Below, in pieces: positions 1-9,147 of a stretch of DNA of 64,000 bases. Made by a program: the position numbers and the translations under genes. Source of the DNA: a virus (taxonomy: Duplodnaviria > Heunggongvirae > Uroviricota > Caudoviricetes); the IMG/VR virus record IMGVR_UViG_2827179085_000005, positions 1 through 64,000 of that record; one strand, 5' to 3'. Position 1 is the first letter of the stretch, and each line of letters opens with the position of its first letter. Below the pieces are notes generated by a model. That model worked only from the letters and a program-made list of their open reading frames with translations, searched no databases and had not been told where the DNA came from.

Positions 1-4
1 TGTT

Positions 5-1594
5 TTGAGTATTAAGCAATTGTCTGTGGAGAGTTACAACAAGGAAGCCATGTTGGTGGGTATCCTCTGGAACAATCCTGATATGTTCGATATTTACAAC
101 GAAGAGAAGCTTAACAAGAAGACTTTCGGGTCTGTGATATGGGCTTTTTATATGGGTATCGCAAGGAAGCTTTACAGAGATAACTATACGGTTTTTGATG
201 ATATCACAGTCCAACAGGCAGTCACAGAATTGAAGTTGAATGAGAAATATGAAAAGTACGGCGGCTACGCCATAATCGAAGAGTTGATGGAGGAAACGAA
301 GGAGTCGTCTGAAAACTTCGAAGGTTACTACGATGAAGTGAAGAAGTACGCATTACTTCGAGAGTACTACAAACTTTTTGGAGATAAGGTTATCGAACAA
401 AGAGACAACTATGATTACAGGAAGCTATCTCGAAATGAAATTTCGATGTACTGGAATGACAAGATAAATAATATCGATATTCAACACAATGAGACGAGCA
501 TCGTAGCCTATAATCTATTGGCTAACCTTGAAGATTTCATCAACAAGTTGGACATAAGTCCTGACTTGGGTATGCCATTTTATAAGGGTCGAAAGCTTAC
601 TGACATTATAAATGGTTGGGCAACAGGTACATTATCCATTATCGGAGCCTTCTCTGGTAATGGTAAGTCGTCATTCGTCATGGAGAAGCTGATTATGTCT
701 TGCATCCAAGAAGGCGAAAAGCTTGCAATCATTGCAAACGAGATGGACTTAGAGCAGTATCAGAAGATGTTGCTTATTACCATCATGGGCACAGAAATGT
801 ACGAGACGTTTAAGGATTACTTTGGCGATAGGGTTCGATTTAATCGAAAATCTATCAATAAAGGTAACTTTACATCGGAAGAGAAGATGAAACTTGAACT
901 TGCTGTTAAATGGGTTGGCGAGAAAATCGGTGACAATAACAGTTTGATTAAGTTGATCCCACTAGAAGAATATACGATGGATAACGTCGAGAAGGTTGTT
1001 AAAAAGTTCGCTCGTCGTGGATATCATCGTTGGATTGTTGATACAGCAAAGCCTTCTGAGGGTGGACGCAAAGAACGTTGGCAACAATTCGTAGAGGACT
1101 TTGACAGATTGTATAAGTTAGCACGCAAGGATGGTGGTGGTCTAAACCTTGCAATGTTCGCAACAGTTCAGCAAGCAGACAACTACGTAGGAAAGTACTG
1201 GCTTAATGAACAATGTCTTGCCGATGGAAAGAAAATTAAGAACGTTGCAGACCTTGTATGGCATTTACGTCCAGTGCATCCACAAGAATATGAAGGTGGA
1301 GCGCATGAACTTGAAGTCATCAACTGGATTCGTAAGAGTGAGGATATGTTCAATCAGGACGAAGGTGTTGATGATGATGTATCGTTCATAACGGATGATG
1401 GAACAACGCTCATGAAACAGAAGGTTACATTGAAGCAAGGCAAGGTGTATTACTTGCTATTCACCAGTAAAAATCGGCGTGGCATGACCAACCTTACTGG
1501 TCTTGATGTTTTAGTGTTGGAAGTTGATTTCAACAGCAACAGATGGAAGGAAGTAGGTTGGTGTAAGAATGTTAAGCGTGATGACTTCATGTAA
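5..1594 (+). CDS. replicative DNA helicase, DnaB-like (5' end may lie outside window)
   Basis: Walker A GAFSGNGKSS in C-terminal RecA-like domain; DnaB-type N-terminal helical region; followed by primase. Confidence 0.75.
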   Translation: MSIKQLSVESYNKEAMLVGILWNNPDMFDIYNEEKLNKKTFGSVIWAFYMGIARKLYRDNYTVFDDITVQQAVTELKLNEKYEKYGGYAIIEELMEETKESSENFEGYYDEVKKYALLREYYKLFGDKVIEQRDNYDYRKLSRNEISMYWNDKINNIDIQHNETSIVAYNLLANLEDFINKLDISPDLGMPFYKGRKLTDIINGWATGTLSIIGAFSGNGKSSFVMEKLIMSCIQEGEKLAIIANEMDLEQYQKMLLITIMGTEMYETFKDYFGDRVRFNRKSINKGNFTSEEKMKLELAVKWVGEKIGDNNSLIKLIPLEEYTMDNVEKVVKKFARRGYHRWIVDTAKPSEGGRKERWQQFVEDFDRLYKLARKDGGGLNLAMFATVQQADNYVGKYWLNEQCLADGKKIKNVADLVWHLRPVHPQEYEGGAHELEVINWIRKSEDMFNQDEGVDDDVSFITDDGTTLMKQKVTLKQGKVYYLLFTSKNRRGMTNLTGLDVLVLEVDFNSNRWKEVGWCKNVKRDDFM

Positions 1595-1623
1595 AATGCT
1601 GAAAAAAGTATGGTGATGAAATA

Positions 1624-2712
1624 GTGAACGTAAACGACTTGCCGATAATCAAAGAAAGAATATATGAAGAAGGTTTGATAGAGCAGATTCTTGAAGCGCT
1701 AGAATGTGAATATGTCAAACCAATAGGGAACGTAAGATATGAAGCTATGTTGCCAGTTAGATTTATGAAAAGTAATAAGAGAGCTGTGCAAGTGAAAAAC
1801 ACACCCTCTTTAGGCTCTCATGTTTATAATACAGGAGTTAGTGGAGATATTTTTATTTTGGTTGGTTACATTCTTTATGGAGTAGAATCACAAGATGAGC
1901 TTTATGATTTTTTATTTCAATGTAAGGCTTTTATTTGTAATTTGTTCGGGTGGCATGAGTATATCACTCACGAGCAAGGAGACGACTTCGAAGAGATTGT
2001 TGAGAAGAAAGATTATCTAGCATTCCTAAGACCAACTCAAAAAGATAGGAAGAAGAGAAAAAGGCTTAAAGTAATGCGAGATAAAGAAAACCAAGTGTTG
2101 GACAAAAATTCTGTTTTCAGTTGGTATCGTGCGACTCCGCACGAACACTTCATCGAGGATGGAATCAGCGTCAAGACACAGCGGTTATTCGAGGTAATGT
2201 TCGATGAAACAACTATGAGGGTTGTATTTCCAATATACAACTCGCAAGGAGAGTTGGTTTCAATTAAAGGTCGATACGTTGGTACAGACGAATGGGTTCT
2301 TGACGAGATTAAGTATTTATACCTGTACAGTTTCGATAAGAGTATTGAACTATTCAACTATCATAGAGCACTACAATATATCAAAGAATCAGGTGAAGTA
2401 ATTGTCTTTGAATCCGAAAAGTCCTGCATGAAAGCATATCAATATGGTTTCAAGAATTGCGTAGCAATTTGTGGCTCTGAATTGAGTCCAGTACAGGCAC
2501 ACATGCTCATAATGCTTGGTGTTTTTATAACCTTTGCATTCGACAATGATATGGATGAAGAGCATGTAAGAAAGCAAGCGAAGCAGATAAGAACACGAAA
2601 ATGCTTCTGGATTAAAGACACCCTCGGACTTCTCGGTGAGAAGGACGCGCCTGTCGATAAGGGGAAGGTAACGTGGAAAAAACTAATAAGCGAGTGCCGA
2701 AGCGTCTTGTGA
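1624..2712 (+). CDS. DNA primase (TOPRIM domain)
   Basis: TOPRIM-like acidic motifs (VIVFESEKS...AFDNDMDEE); N-terminal primase-like region; GTG start with GGTGA RBS; synteny with helicase. Confidence 0.55.
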   Translation: MNVNDLPIIKERIYEEGLIEQILEALECEYVKPIGNVRYEAMLPVRFMKSNKRAVQVKNTPSLGSHVYNTGVSGDIFILVGYILYGVESQDELYDFLFQCKAFICNLFGWHEYITHEQGDDFEEIVEKKDYLAFLRPTQKDRKKRKRLKVMRDKENQVLDKNSVFSWYRATPHEHFIEDGISVKTQRLFEVMFDETTMRVVFPIYNSQGELVSIKGRYVGTDEWVLDEIKYLYLYSFDKSIELFNYHRALQYIKESGEVIVFESEKSCMKAYQYGFKNCVAICGSELSPVQAHMLIMLGVFITFAFDNDMDEEHVRKQAKQIRTRKCFWIKDTLGLLGEKDAPVDKGKVTWKKLISECRSVL

Positions 2713-3329
2713 CGATTCCTGCACTTGCCATTCTGTTAGCGACTCTTGCTACTACTGGAAGTAGTCATGGTCATGAAGCAAAGGCAAAAAATGTTGAGCC
2801 ACAGTCAGTAATGTATTATAATCCTTTGATGGATAAGGCTCTGGAAGATATGAAGAAGAAGGTTGAAGAAGAGAGGAAGAGAGAAGAAGTAGTTATTGCG
2901 GCAGAGGCAAAGACAGTCGAAAACCCTTTAGTTAAACCAGTCATAAAAGAGAAGAAGAAAGAAGCTCCAAAGTCAAAGAAAGTTGATCCAGACGATGGAG
3001 ATTGGGAAACTTATAGACTTACCTACTATGGTATGGACTGTAATGGATGTAGTGGTGTCACAGCGTCAGGAATCGATGTTGGTGATGCTACAGAATACGA
3101 TGGATATAAAGTTCTATCCGTTGACCCGAAGAAAATCCCACTTGGATCAATTGTTAGAATCAATGATGGAGATAGCACATTTGAAGCAATCGCTATTGAT
3201 ACTGGCGGTGCGATCAAGGGAAACAAGCTTGATCTGCTTGTCGGTAGCGAGAAAGAGTCATATAAATATGGTGTTAAGAAAATTAAGTTAAAGGTTGTGA
3301 GAGAAGGATGGCAAGGAAAAAGAAAGTAG
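2673..3329 (+). CDS. secreted 3D-domain (RlpA-like double-psi beta-barrel) protein
   Basis: N-terminal signal peptide; C-terminal motifs VDPKKIPLGS...AIDTGGAIKGNKLDL typical of 3D/YuiC-like domains. Confidence 0.55.
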   Translation: MEKTNKRVPKRLVTIPALAILLATLATTGSSHGHEAKAKNVEPQSVMYYNPLMDKALEDMKKKVEEERKREEVVIAAEAKTVENPLVKPVIKEKKKEAPKSKKVDPDDGDWETYRLTYYGMDCNGCSGVTASGIDVGDATEYDGYKVLSVDPKKIPLGSIVRINDGDSTFEAIAIDTGGAIKGNKLDLLVGSEKESYKYGVKKIKLKVVREGWQGKRK

Positions 3330-3553
3330 AAAATGAACCAAGTCAGGCAGAGACAGTAGTTGCTTTTCTAAAAAGATGCTTTAAAGATGGAGAAGTAATG
3401 TGCATTCATCCTATTTTCAATGAGACGTATACAATCAATGGTGTGGAGTATAAGTTCACAGAATCCGTCTTAAAAGATATGCTGGATAGCGGAAAGGTAC
3501 GAGTAACATCTCGTTCAGATAAAGAGGTAAATATTATGGGAGTAATCTCATAA
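3308..3553 (+). CDS. hypothetical protein
   Basis: ORF only, no motif. Confidence 0.3.
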   Translation: MARKKKVENEPSQAETVVAFLKRCFKDGEVMCIHPIFNETYTINGVEYKFTESVLKDMLDSGKVRVTSRSDKEVNIMGVIS

Positions 3554-3561
3554 TTCTCTCC

Positions 3562-3590
3562 TTTACACATGCCATAGAAAGTACTATAAT
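3562..3590 (+). promoter_or_regulatory. sigmaA-type promoter TTTACA-17-TATAAT with conserved spacer motif
   Basis: TTTACAcatgccatagaaagtacTATAAT upstream of recJ-like gene RBS. Confidence 0.5.
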
Positions 3591-3605
3591 AATGGAGTTG
3601 ATTGA

Positions 3606-4538
3606 ATGGCAAATTGGACTAAGAGAAACAAAATCAAGGTCAAAGATGATTTGTTATTGATTGAGAAGTTGGCGATGGTTAGAGGGATCAAGAATCTCGA
3701 AGAGTGGATGAATCCTCCTTCAAGTTTTGTGAACAGTCCTTATAGTCTCTTGAATATGGATACGGCAGTCGAGATGATCCTTAAAGCTATTCACAAGCAG
3801 ATGAAAATTTGCATTGTTGCAGACATTGATACCGATGGCGTTTGCTCTACAGGGATTATGTACAATTATCTTCGCGAACTAACTCAAAACGTTGTCTACA
3901 TTCATGCACAGCGCAGTCAAGGTCATGGTCTGGAAACGGTTCTCGACAAAATTGAAGATGATGTTGACTTGGTTATCATTGTTGACTCATCATCAAACTC
4001 TGTTGAAGCTTGCAAGGAGCTTCATGATAAGGGTCTGCCAATAGTAATCATTGACCATCATGAGGTCGATAGAGAGAATCCATATGCTACAATTGTCAAC
4101 TGTCAGTTGGGCGACTATCCAAACAAACATTTGTCTGGTAGCGCGATGTGCTATAAGGTGTGTCAGGTTATTGATGAATATCTAAGCATTGAGCTAGCTG
4201 ATGACTTCCGCGATCTATCTGCAATCGGAATCGTTGCGGACATGATGGATGTTAGAAATATGGAGAATCGATATCTTATCTATAACGGAATCAATAATAT
4301 TAACAATCTTGGCATTAAAGAGATTTTAAAGCAAAGTAAAATCGACTTTAGTGAGGGGATTAATTCGACGAATATAAGTTTTAAGATTGCTCCAATCATC
4401 GGTGCATGTTCTCGTTTCGATAAAATTGAGTTAGCTCTTGAGCTGGTTACGTGCGACGACGAAGTTCGTGTGAAAGAACTGGTCAAAGAGATGATTTCAA
4501 TGAATGAAGAACGAAAGGCAAATCAAAAAATATGTTGA
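3606..4538 (+). CDS. recJ: RecJ-like ssDNA exonuclease, DHH domain part (frameshifted gene, N-terminal piece)
   Basis: DHH motifs (IVADIDTDG, IIDHHE); reading frame ends in an A6 run at 4525-4530. Confidence 0.65.
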   Translation: MANWTKRNKIKVKDDLLLIEKLAMVRGIKNLEEWMNPPSSFVNSPYSLLNMDTAVEMILKAIHKQMKICIVADIDTDGVCSTGIMYNYLRELTQNVVYIHAQRSQGHGLETVLDKIEDDVDLVIIVDSSSNSVEACKELHDKGLPIVIIDHHEVDRENPYATIVNCQLGDYPNKHLSGSAMCYKVCQVIDEYLSIELADDFRDLSAIGIVADMMDVRNMENRYLIYNGINNINNLGIKEILKQSKIDFSEGINSTNISFKIAPIIGACSRFDKIELALELVTCDDEVRVKELVKEMISMNEERKANQKIC

Positions 4539-5295
4539 AAATGCCATAGAAAGTATAGACGATTCTAACAATATCATTATCTATGTTGACAACAATATTG
4601 ACTCTGGCTTTCGTGGATTGATTGCAACTGAGTTTGTTGAACGCTTTAGCAAACCTGTTCTTGTCTTAGCGGAGTTTAAGGATGATGAAGGAAATGTTAT
4701 TGAATATAAAGGTAGTGCGAGAAGTGTTGGAGTACTTCCGTTGAAATCTATGTGCGAAAGTACAGAATTATTTAAGCTTACTCAGGGGCACGAAGGAGCA
4801 TTTGGTGTAGGATTTACTGTTGAAAACCTACAAGCGATAATTTCCTACTTCAATGACACTTTAGATAGTACAGACCTCCAGAAGAGTATCGTATATGACT
4901 TGGAATTGGAAGCTAGTGACATTGAAGAGATGGACATTAAACAGGTGGAGAAGTTTTCTAAGATTGTTGGACAGGGATTCAAAGAGCCAAAATTCTTAGT
5001 AAAAGGCTTGATTGTAGAAGAAGAGGAAACAAAGAAGCTTGGCAAGTATGTACGAGCTGTCATGGGAAGTAACAACGATACAGTTAAGATCCCATGTGAA
5101 GATGGATTTGCTCTGATGAAATTCCGCACACAGGATACCTACGCAGAGGATATTGAAGCTCACTTCTATGGTAATTTCGCAACCGAGATTGACGCAATCG
5201 GAAGTCTTAACTTAAATCGATTCTATCATGGTGGTCATAAGCGGTGGATTACAACGAAACAAGTCTTCCTCGAAGACTATCGTATCGCTGATTAA
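4504..5295 (+). CDS. recJ: RecJ-like exonuclease, DHHA1-like C-terminal piece (+1 frame continuation)
   Basis: Continues after A6 run; C-terminal FYHGGHKRW resembles DHHA1 GGGH motif; combined length ~573 aa as for RecJ-like proteins. Confidence 0.55.
   Translation: MKNERQIKKYVENAIESIDDSNNIIIYVDNNIDSGFRGLIATEFVERFSKPVLVLAEFKDDEGNVIEYKGSARSVGVLPLKSMCESTELFKLTQGHEGAFGVGFTVENLQAIISYFNDTLDSTDLQKSIVYDLELEASDIEEMDIKQVEKFSKIVGQGFKEPKFLVKGLIVEEEETKKLGKYVRAVMGSNNDTVKIPCEDGFALMKFRTQDTYAEDIEAHFYGNFATEIDAIGSLNLNRFYHGGHKRWITTKQVFLEDYRIAD
4555..4570 (+). repeat. variant copy of conserved 16-nt motif (ATGCCATAGAAAGTAT) inside recJ coding sequence
   Basis: sequence match to repeated motif. Confidence 0.4.
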
Positions 5296-5669
5296 TGCTT
5301 ATCGTTTATGCGTCTAAGACAGGGCAAGTTCAGCGTTTTGTAGATCGCCTTAATATGAAAGCTATCAAAATCGACGATACCATTGGTATCGTCGATGAGC
5401 CTTTCGTGCTGATTACTTATACAACTGGATTTGGTGAAGTTCCAGCGGAAGTATCGGAATTTCTCAGACACAACAAGAAGAATCTTGTAGCTGTCTGTGC
5501 CAGCGGGAATCGGAATTGGAAAGAGAATTTTGCAAGAGCCGCGAATAAAATTTCTTACCTGTACAATGTTCCCATCCTTCTCAAATTCGAGTTACAAGGA
5601 GACGATACAGACACAGAGAATTTCAAGGAAAGGGTGCATAAATTAAATGAAGTATATCGAGCTAAATAA
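5295..5669 (+). CDS. nrdI: NrdI flavodoxin-like protein
   Basis: LIVYASKTGQVQRF flavodoxin-like N-terminus; immediately upstream of nrdE. Confidence 0.75.
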   Translation: MLIVYASKTGQVQRFVDRLNMKAIKIDDTIGIVDEPFVLITYTTGFGEVPAEVSEFLRHNKKNLVAVCASGNRNWKENFARAANKISYLYNVPILLKFELQGDDTDTENFKERVHKLNEVYRAK

Positions 5670-7743
5670 TAAGATGGCAAACCAATTTAAGGAGAACTTT
5701 GACTTTGAAGCATTGCTTCTTGACAAGATTGCAGTCGAAGAGTTTCTTAAAGAGGTGGAAAGCAAGTCTGTAAAATTCGCATCACTGAAAGAACGCATGG
5801 AGTTCCTTATCCATAACAGCTACTACATCGATTTCTACGAAATGTATAGCTATGAGCAAATCGAAGAGATTCATGATTTCTGCTATAGCTTCAACTTCGA
5901 GTTCCAATCCTTTATGGCAGTAAGTAAATTCTATCAAGATTATGCTCTGAAAAGTGACAATGGTCTTAACTGGTTAGAGAGTTATGAAGATCGTGTAGCG
6001 ATTGTGGCTCTGTTCTTGGGTAACGGTGACTTCAAGAAGGCTAAACGAATCTGTCACGATATGATGTTGCAGAATCTACAACCAGCAACACCAACATTCA
6101 AGAATGCAGGACTTGTACGTGCAGGAGAGCTGGTTAGTTGCTTCTTGCTGTCACTCGATGATTCACTTAATTCTATCGCATACAACGCTAATTCTTCTAT
6201 GCAATTGTCTAAGATCGGTGGCGGTGTAGCTACAAACTTCACTCGCTTGCGCGGTCGTAACGAAGAAATTAAAGGCATAGATAATTGCGCTTCTGGTATT
6301 GTTCCAGTATTGAAGATTTGGGAAGATATTTTCTCATATGTTGACCAATTAGGACAACGCAAGGGTGCAGGGGCAGGGTATTATCACATCATGGGATGGG
6401 ATATTGAAGAGTTTCTTTCAACGAAGAAGATCAATGCCGATGAGAAAGCACGTCTTCAATCCCTTTCGATTGGCGTTATTGTTCCAGACGTATTCATGAA
6501 GAAGGCTTGGAAGGGCGAAGACTATTATGTATTTGCTCCGTACACAGTCTACAAGACATTCGGAATCCATCTGGACGATATGGATATGAATAAGTGGTAT
6601 GACAAGCTTGTTGCTTCTAACACAGTCAAGAAGAGAAAGATTAACGCACGTAAGATGCTGGACTTGATTGCAGAACTGCAAATGGAATCTGGATATCCTT
6701 ACATCATGTATGTTGACAATGCAAACAAGGTTCATGCTTTGAGACACATTGGCTCCATTAAGCAATCGAATCTCTGTACGGAAATCATGCAATTGCAGGA
6801 AGTGTCATATATTGACGATCCGAATGACTCCAACAGATTGAACGAATATAAGCGTGATATTTCTTGCAATCTTTCATCTGGTAATATCGTAAATATGATG
6901 AAAACAAATCGAATCAAGGAAACTTCGTATTCAGCAATGGATGGTCTAACGACTGTAGCGAAGTTGACTAATATTTCTCAGGTTCCTTCGGTTGCTCTGG
7001 CTAACGACACGATGAATAGTGTTGGATTCGGTGCAATGAACCTTCATGGATTCTTTGCGAAAAATCAGATTGACTATGAATCTGATGAAGCAAAAGACTT
7101 CGTAAACGTATTTTTCATGATGGTCAACTACTACACAATCGAGCGGTCGATGCAGATTGCACTCGAAGAAGGGAAGACATTCCAAGACTTCGAGAAGTCC
7201 GATTATGCCGATGGTTCTTACTTTAAGAGGTACATCGAGAAAGATTACCTTCCTAAATTTGAGAAGATCGCGAAACTGTTTGAAGGAATGCATATTCCTA
7301 CGAGAGAAGACTGGAAAGGTCTTATGAATGCAGTAATGAAGAATGGTATGTATCACAGCTACCGATTGGCTATTGCTCCAACTCAATCTATTTCTTATGT
7401 GCAAAATGCAACACCAAGTATTTCACCAATTGTAAATGTGATTGAGTCTCGTATGTATGGGAAATCAAATACATACTACCCAATGCCATTCCTGTCTATG
7501 GATACTTATTTCTACTATAAGTCTGCATATGAGACTGACATGTACAAGATGATTGACCTGATAGCTGTCATGCAGGAGCACGTAGACCAAGGAATTTCTA
7601 CTATCCTGTACGTAACGAGCAACACACCGTCTAACGAACTGGCAAGTATGTATGCATACGCATGGGCGAAGGGTCTAAAATCGTTGTACTACACTCGAAC
7701 CAAGACATTAAAGATTGATGAATGCGAGTCCTGCGCTGTTTAA
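5647..7743 (+). CDS. nrdE: ribonucleotide reductase class Ib alpha subunit NrdE
   Basis: Near full-length collinear similarity to Bacillus NrdE (SNLCTEI, GLGAMNLHG, C-terminal YYTRTK...CxSC); 698 aa, no intein. Confidence 0.95.
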   Translation: MKYIELNNKMANQFKENFDFEALLLDKIAVEEFLKEVESKSVKFASLKERMEFLIHNSYYIDFYEMYSYEQIEEIHDFCYSFNFEFQSFMAVSKFYQDYALKSDNGLNWLESYEDRVAIVALFLGNGDFKKAKRICHDMMLQNLQPATPTFKNAGLVRAGELVSCFLLSLDDSLNSIAYNANSSMQLSKIGGGVATNFTRLRGRNEEIKGIDNCASGIVPVLKIWEDIFSYVDQLGQRKGAGAGYYHIMGWDIEEFLSTKKINADEKARLQSLSIGVIVPDVFMKKAWKGEDYYVFAPYTVYKTFGIHLDDMDMNKWYDKLVASNTVKKRKINARKMLDLIAELQMESGYPYIMYVDNANKVHALRHIGSIKQSNLCTEIMQLQEVSYIDDPNDSNRLNEYKRDISCNLSSGNIVNMMKTNRIKETSYSAMDGLTTVAKLTNISQVPSVALANDTMNSVGFGAMNLHGFFAKNQIDYESDEAKDFVNVFFMMVNYYTIERSMQIALEEGKTFQDFEKSDYADGSYFKRYIEKDYLPKFEKIAKLFEGMHIPTREDWKGLMNAVMKNGMYHSYRLAIAPTQSISYVQNATPSISPIVNVIESRMYGKSNTYYPMPFLSMDTYFYYKSAYETDMYKMIDLIAVMQEHVDQGISTILYVTSNTPSNELASMYAYAWAKGLKSLYYTRTKTLKIDECESCAV

Positions 7744-7748
7744 TCAAT

Positions 7749-7764
7749 ATGCCAAAGAAAGTAT
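7749..7764 (+). repeat. conserved 16-nt motif ATGCCAAAGAAAGTAT
   Basis: followed by 7-bp inverted repeat GAAAGTT-a-AACTTTC (7767-7781) and nrdF RBS. Confidence 0.5.
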
Positions 7765-7807
7765 AGGAAAGTTAAACTTTCTCTAATATCAATTAGGAGG
7801 TAATAGA

Positions 7808-8815
7808 ATGGCAAGAAAGGCTGTAAACTGGAACGAATTGACAAAGGATAGTGTGGGGCTTAGATTTTGGAATCAGAACGTTCAACAGTTCTGGCTACCA
7901 GAAGAGTACCATCCAAACAATGATAAGGCGACATGGGACTTGTTGTCTAAGCAACAGAAAGATGCATATAAGAAAGCTTTGATTAAGCTTACACATCTCG
8001 ATACCGAACAGTTCGGTCAGGGTATGCCATTGTTGGTACTTCATACAAAGAATCAGCACATTGCTTCCGTATTCTCATTTATGCAGATGATGGAAGCTGT
8101 ACATGCCAAGTCTTACTCGAACATCTTCCAGTCTCTTATCACTGATAAGAACGAAGAAAGAGAGCTGTTCGCATGGCAGGAAGACAATCAATATCTGCAA
8201 CGTATCGCTGAAATTATCGTCGACAGATATCACAAACTGTTTAATATGGAGCCAAGCAAAAAGGATTTGTATATGGCTATGGTCGCTTCTGTATTGCTTG
8301 AATCGTTCCTATTCTATTCTGGATTCTTCTATCCGCTTTATCTGGCTGTAGGGCAACAAAAAATGATTCATTCCGCTGAAATCATTTGGGCTATTATTCG
8401 TGACGAATCCATTCATGGTGTGCTTGTTGGTCTTGAAGCACAGAATGTTTTCAATGAATTAACACCAGAAGAAAAAGCAGAAGTGGATGCAGACGTTCGT
8501 GAACTGCTTATTGAATTGTTCAATAATGAAGTCGAGTTCACCAAAGAGGTATATGAGCAAGTTGGATTAGTTGATGAGGTTGTTGAGTTCGTTAAATATA
8601 ACGCGAACAAGGCTCTAGCTAATCTTGGCATTGCACCTTACTTCGAGAATGTATCTGTTAATCCAATCATTCTGAATGGCATCGATACAGAGACAAAGAA
8701 CCATGACTTCTTTAGCACTAAGGGTAATGGTTATGTTCGTTCGATCAATTTGGTTCCTATCGGAGATAACGACTTTGCAAAACTCGAAACTATGCTTGGA
8801 AAATCTATTATTTAA
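7808..8815 (+). CDS. nrdF: ribonucleotide reductase class Ib beta subunit NrdF
   Basis: Ferritin-like di-iron motifs (EAVHAKSY, DESIHG); strong RBS. Confidence 0.9.
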   Translation: MARKAVNWNELTKDSVGLRFWNQNVQQFWLPEEYHPNNDKATWDLLSKQQKDAYKKALIKLTHLDTEQFGQGMPLLVLHTKNQHIASVFSFMQMMEAVHAKSYSNIFQSLITDKNEERELFAWQEDNQYLQRIAEIIVDRYHKLFNMEPSKKDLYMAMVASVLLESFLFYSGFFYPLYLAVGQQKMIHSAEIIWAIIRDESIHGVLVGLEAQNVFNELTPEEKAEVDADVRELLIELFNNEVEFTKEVYEQVGLVDEVVEFVKYNANKALANLGIAPYFENVSVNPIILNGIDTETKNHDFFSTKGNGYVRSINLVPIGDNDFAKLETMLGKSII

Positions 8816-8832
8816 TTGGAGGATGATTTTTA

Positions 8833-9087
8833 ATGAAGATCGTTAAGTTTGTACAACCAGCTTGTGTTCAATGTCGTATGGTGGATGGTCTGTTGAGCCA
8901 TCTTGGACTACAAGTAGATGAGGCATTGGATATCGCTATTGACGATAAAGCTTATGAATTTGCAGTAAGTCATGGTGTTCAGAGTACACCAACATTGATG
9001 TTGTTTGATGATGAAGGTAATGTTGTTGATCGCGTATCTGGCACGAATCAAGAAGCAATCAAAGCATTGTTCGCAAAGAAGAACTAA
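8833..9087 (+). CDS. NrdH/thioredoxin-like redoxin
   Basis: 84 aa, CVQC active-site motif, downstream of nrdEF. Confidence 0.55.
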   Translation: MKIVKFVQPACVQCRMVDGLLSHLGLQVDEALDIAIDDKAYEFAVSHGVQSTPTLMLFDDEGNVVDRVSGTNQEAIKALFAKKN

Positions 9088-9147
9088 ATAGACGATGTGG
9101 CTATGGAAACGTAGCCACAATATTTTTTTGGAGGGAGAGTGTGAAAT

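Noticed and set aside
6054-7404. Minus-strand ORFs (6054-6362, 6418-6792, 6732-6917, 6946-7404) inside nrdE
   Set aside because: They are antisense to a strongly supported gene, have no RBS and no motifs, and are typical spurious ORFs.
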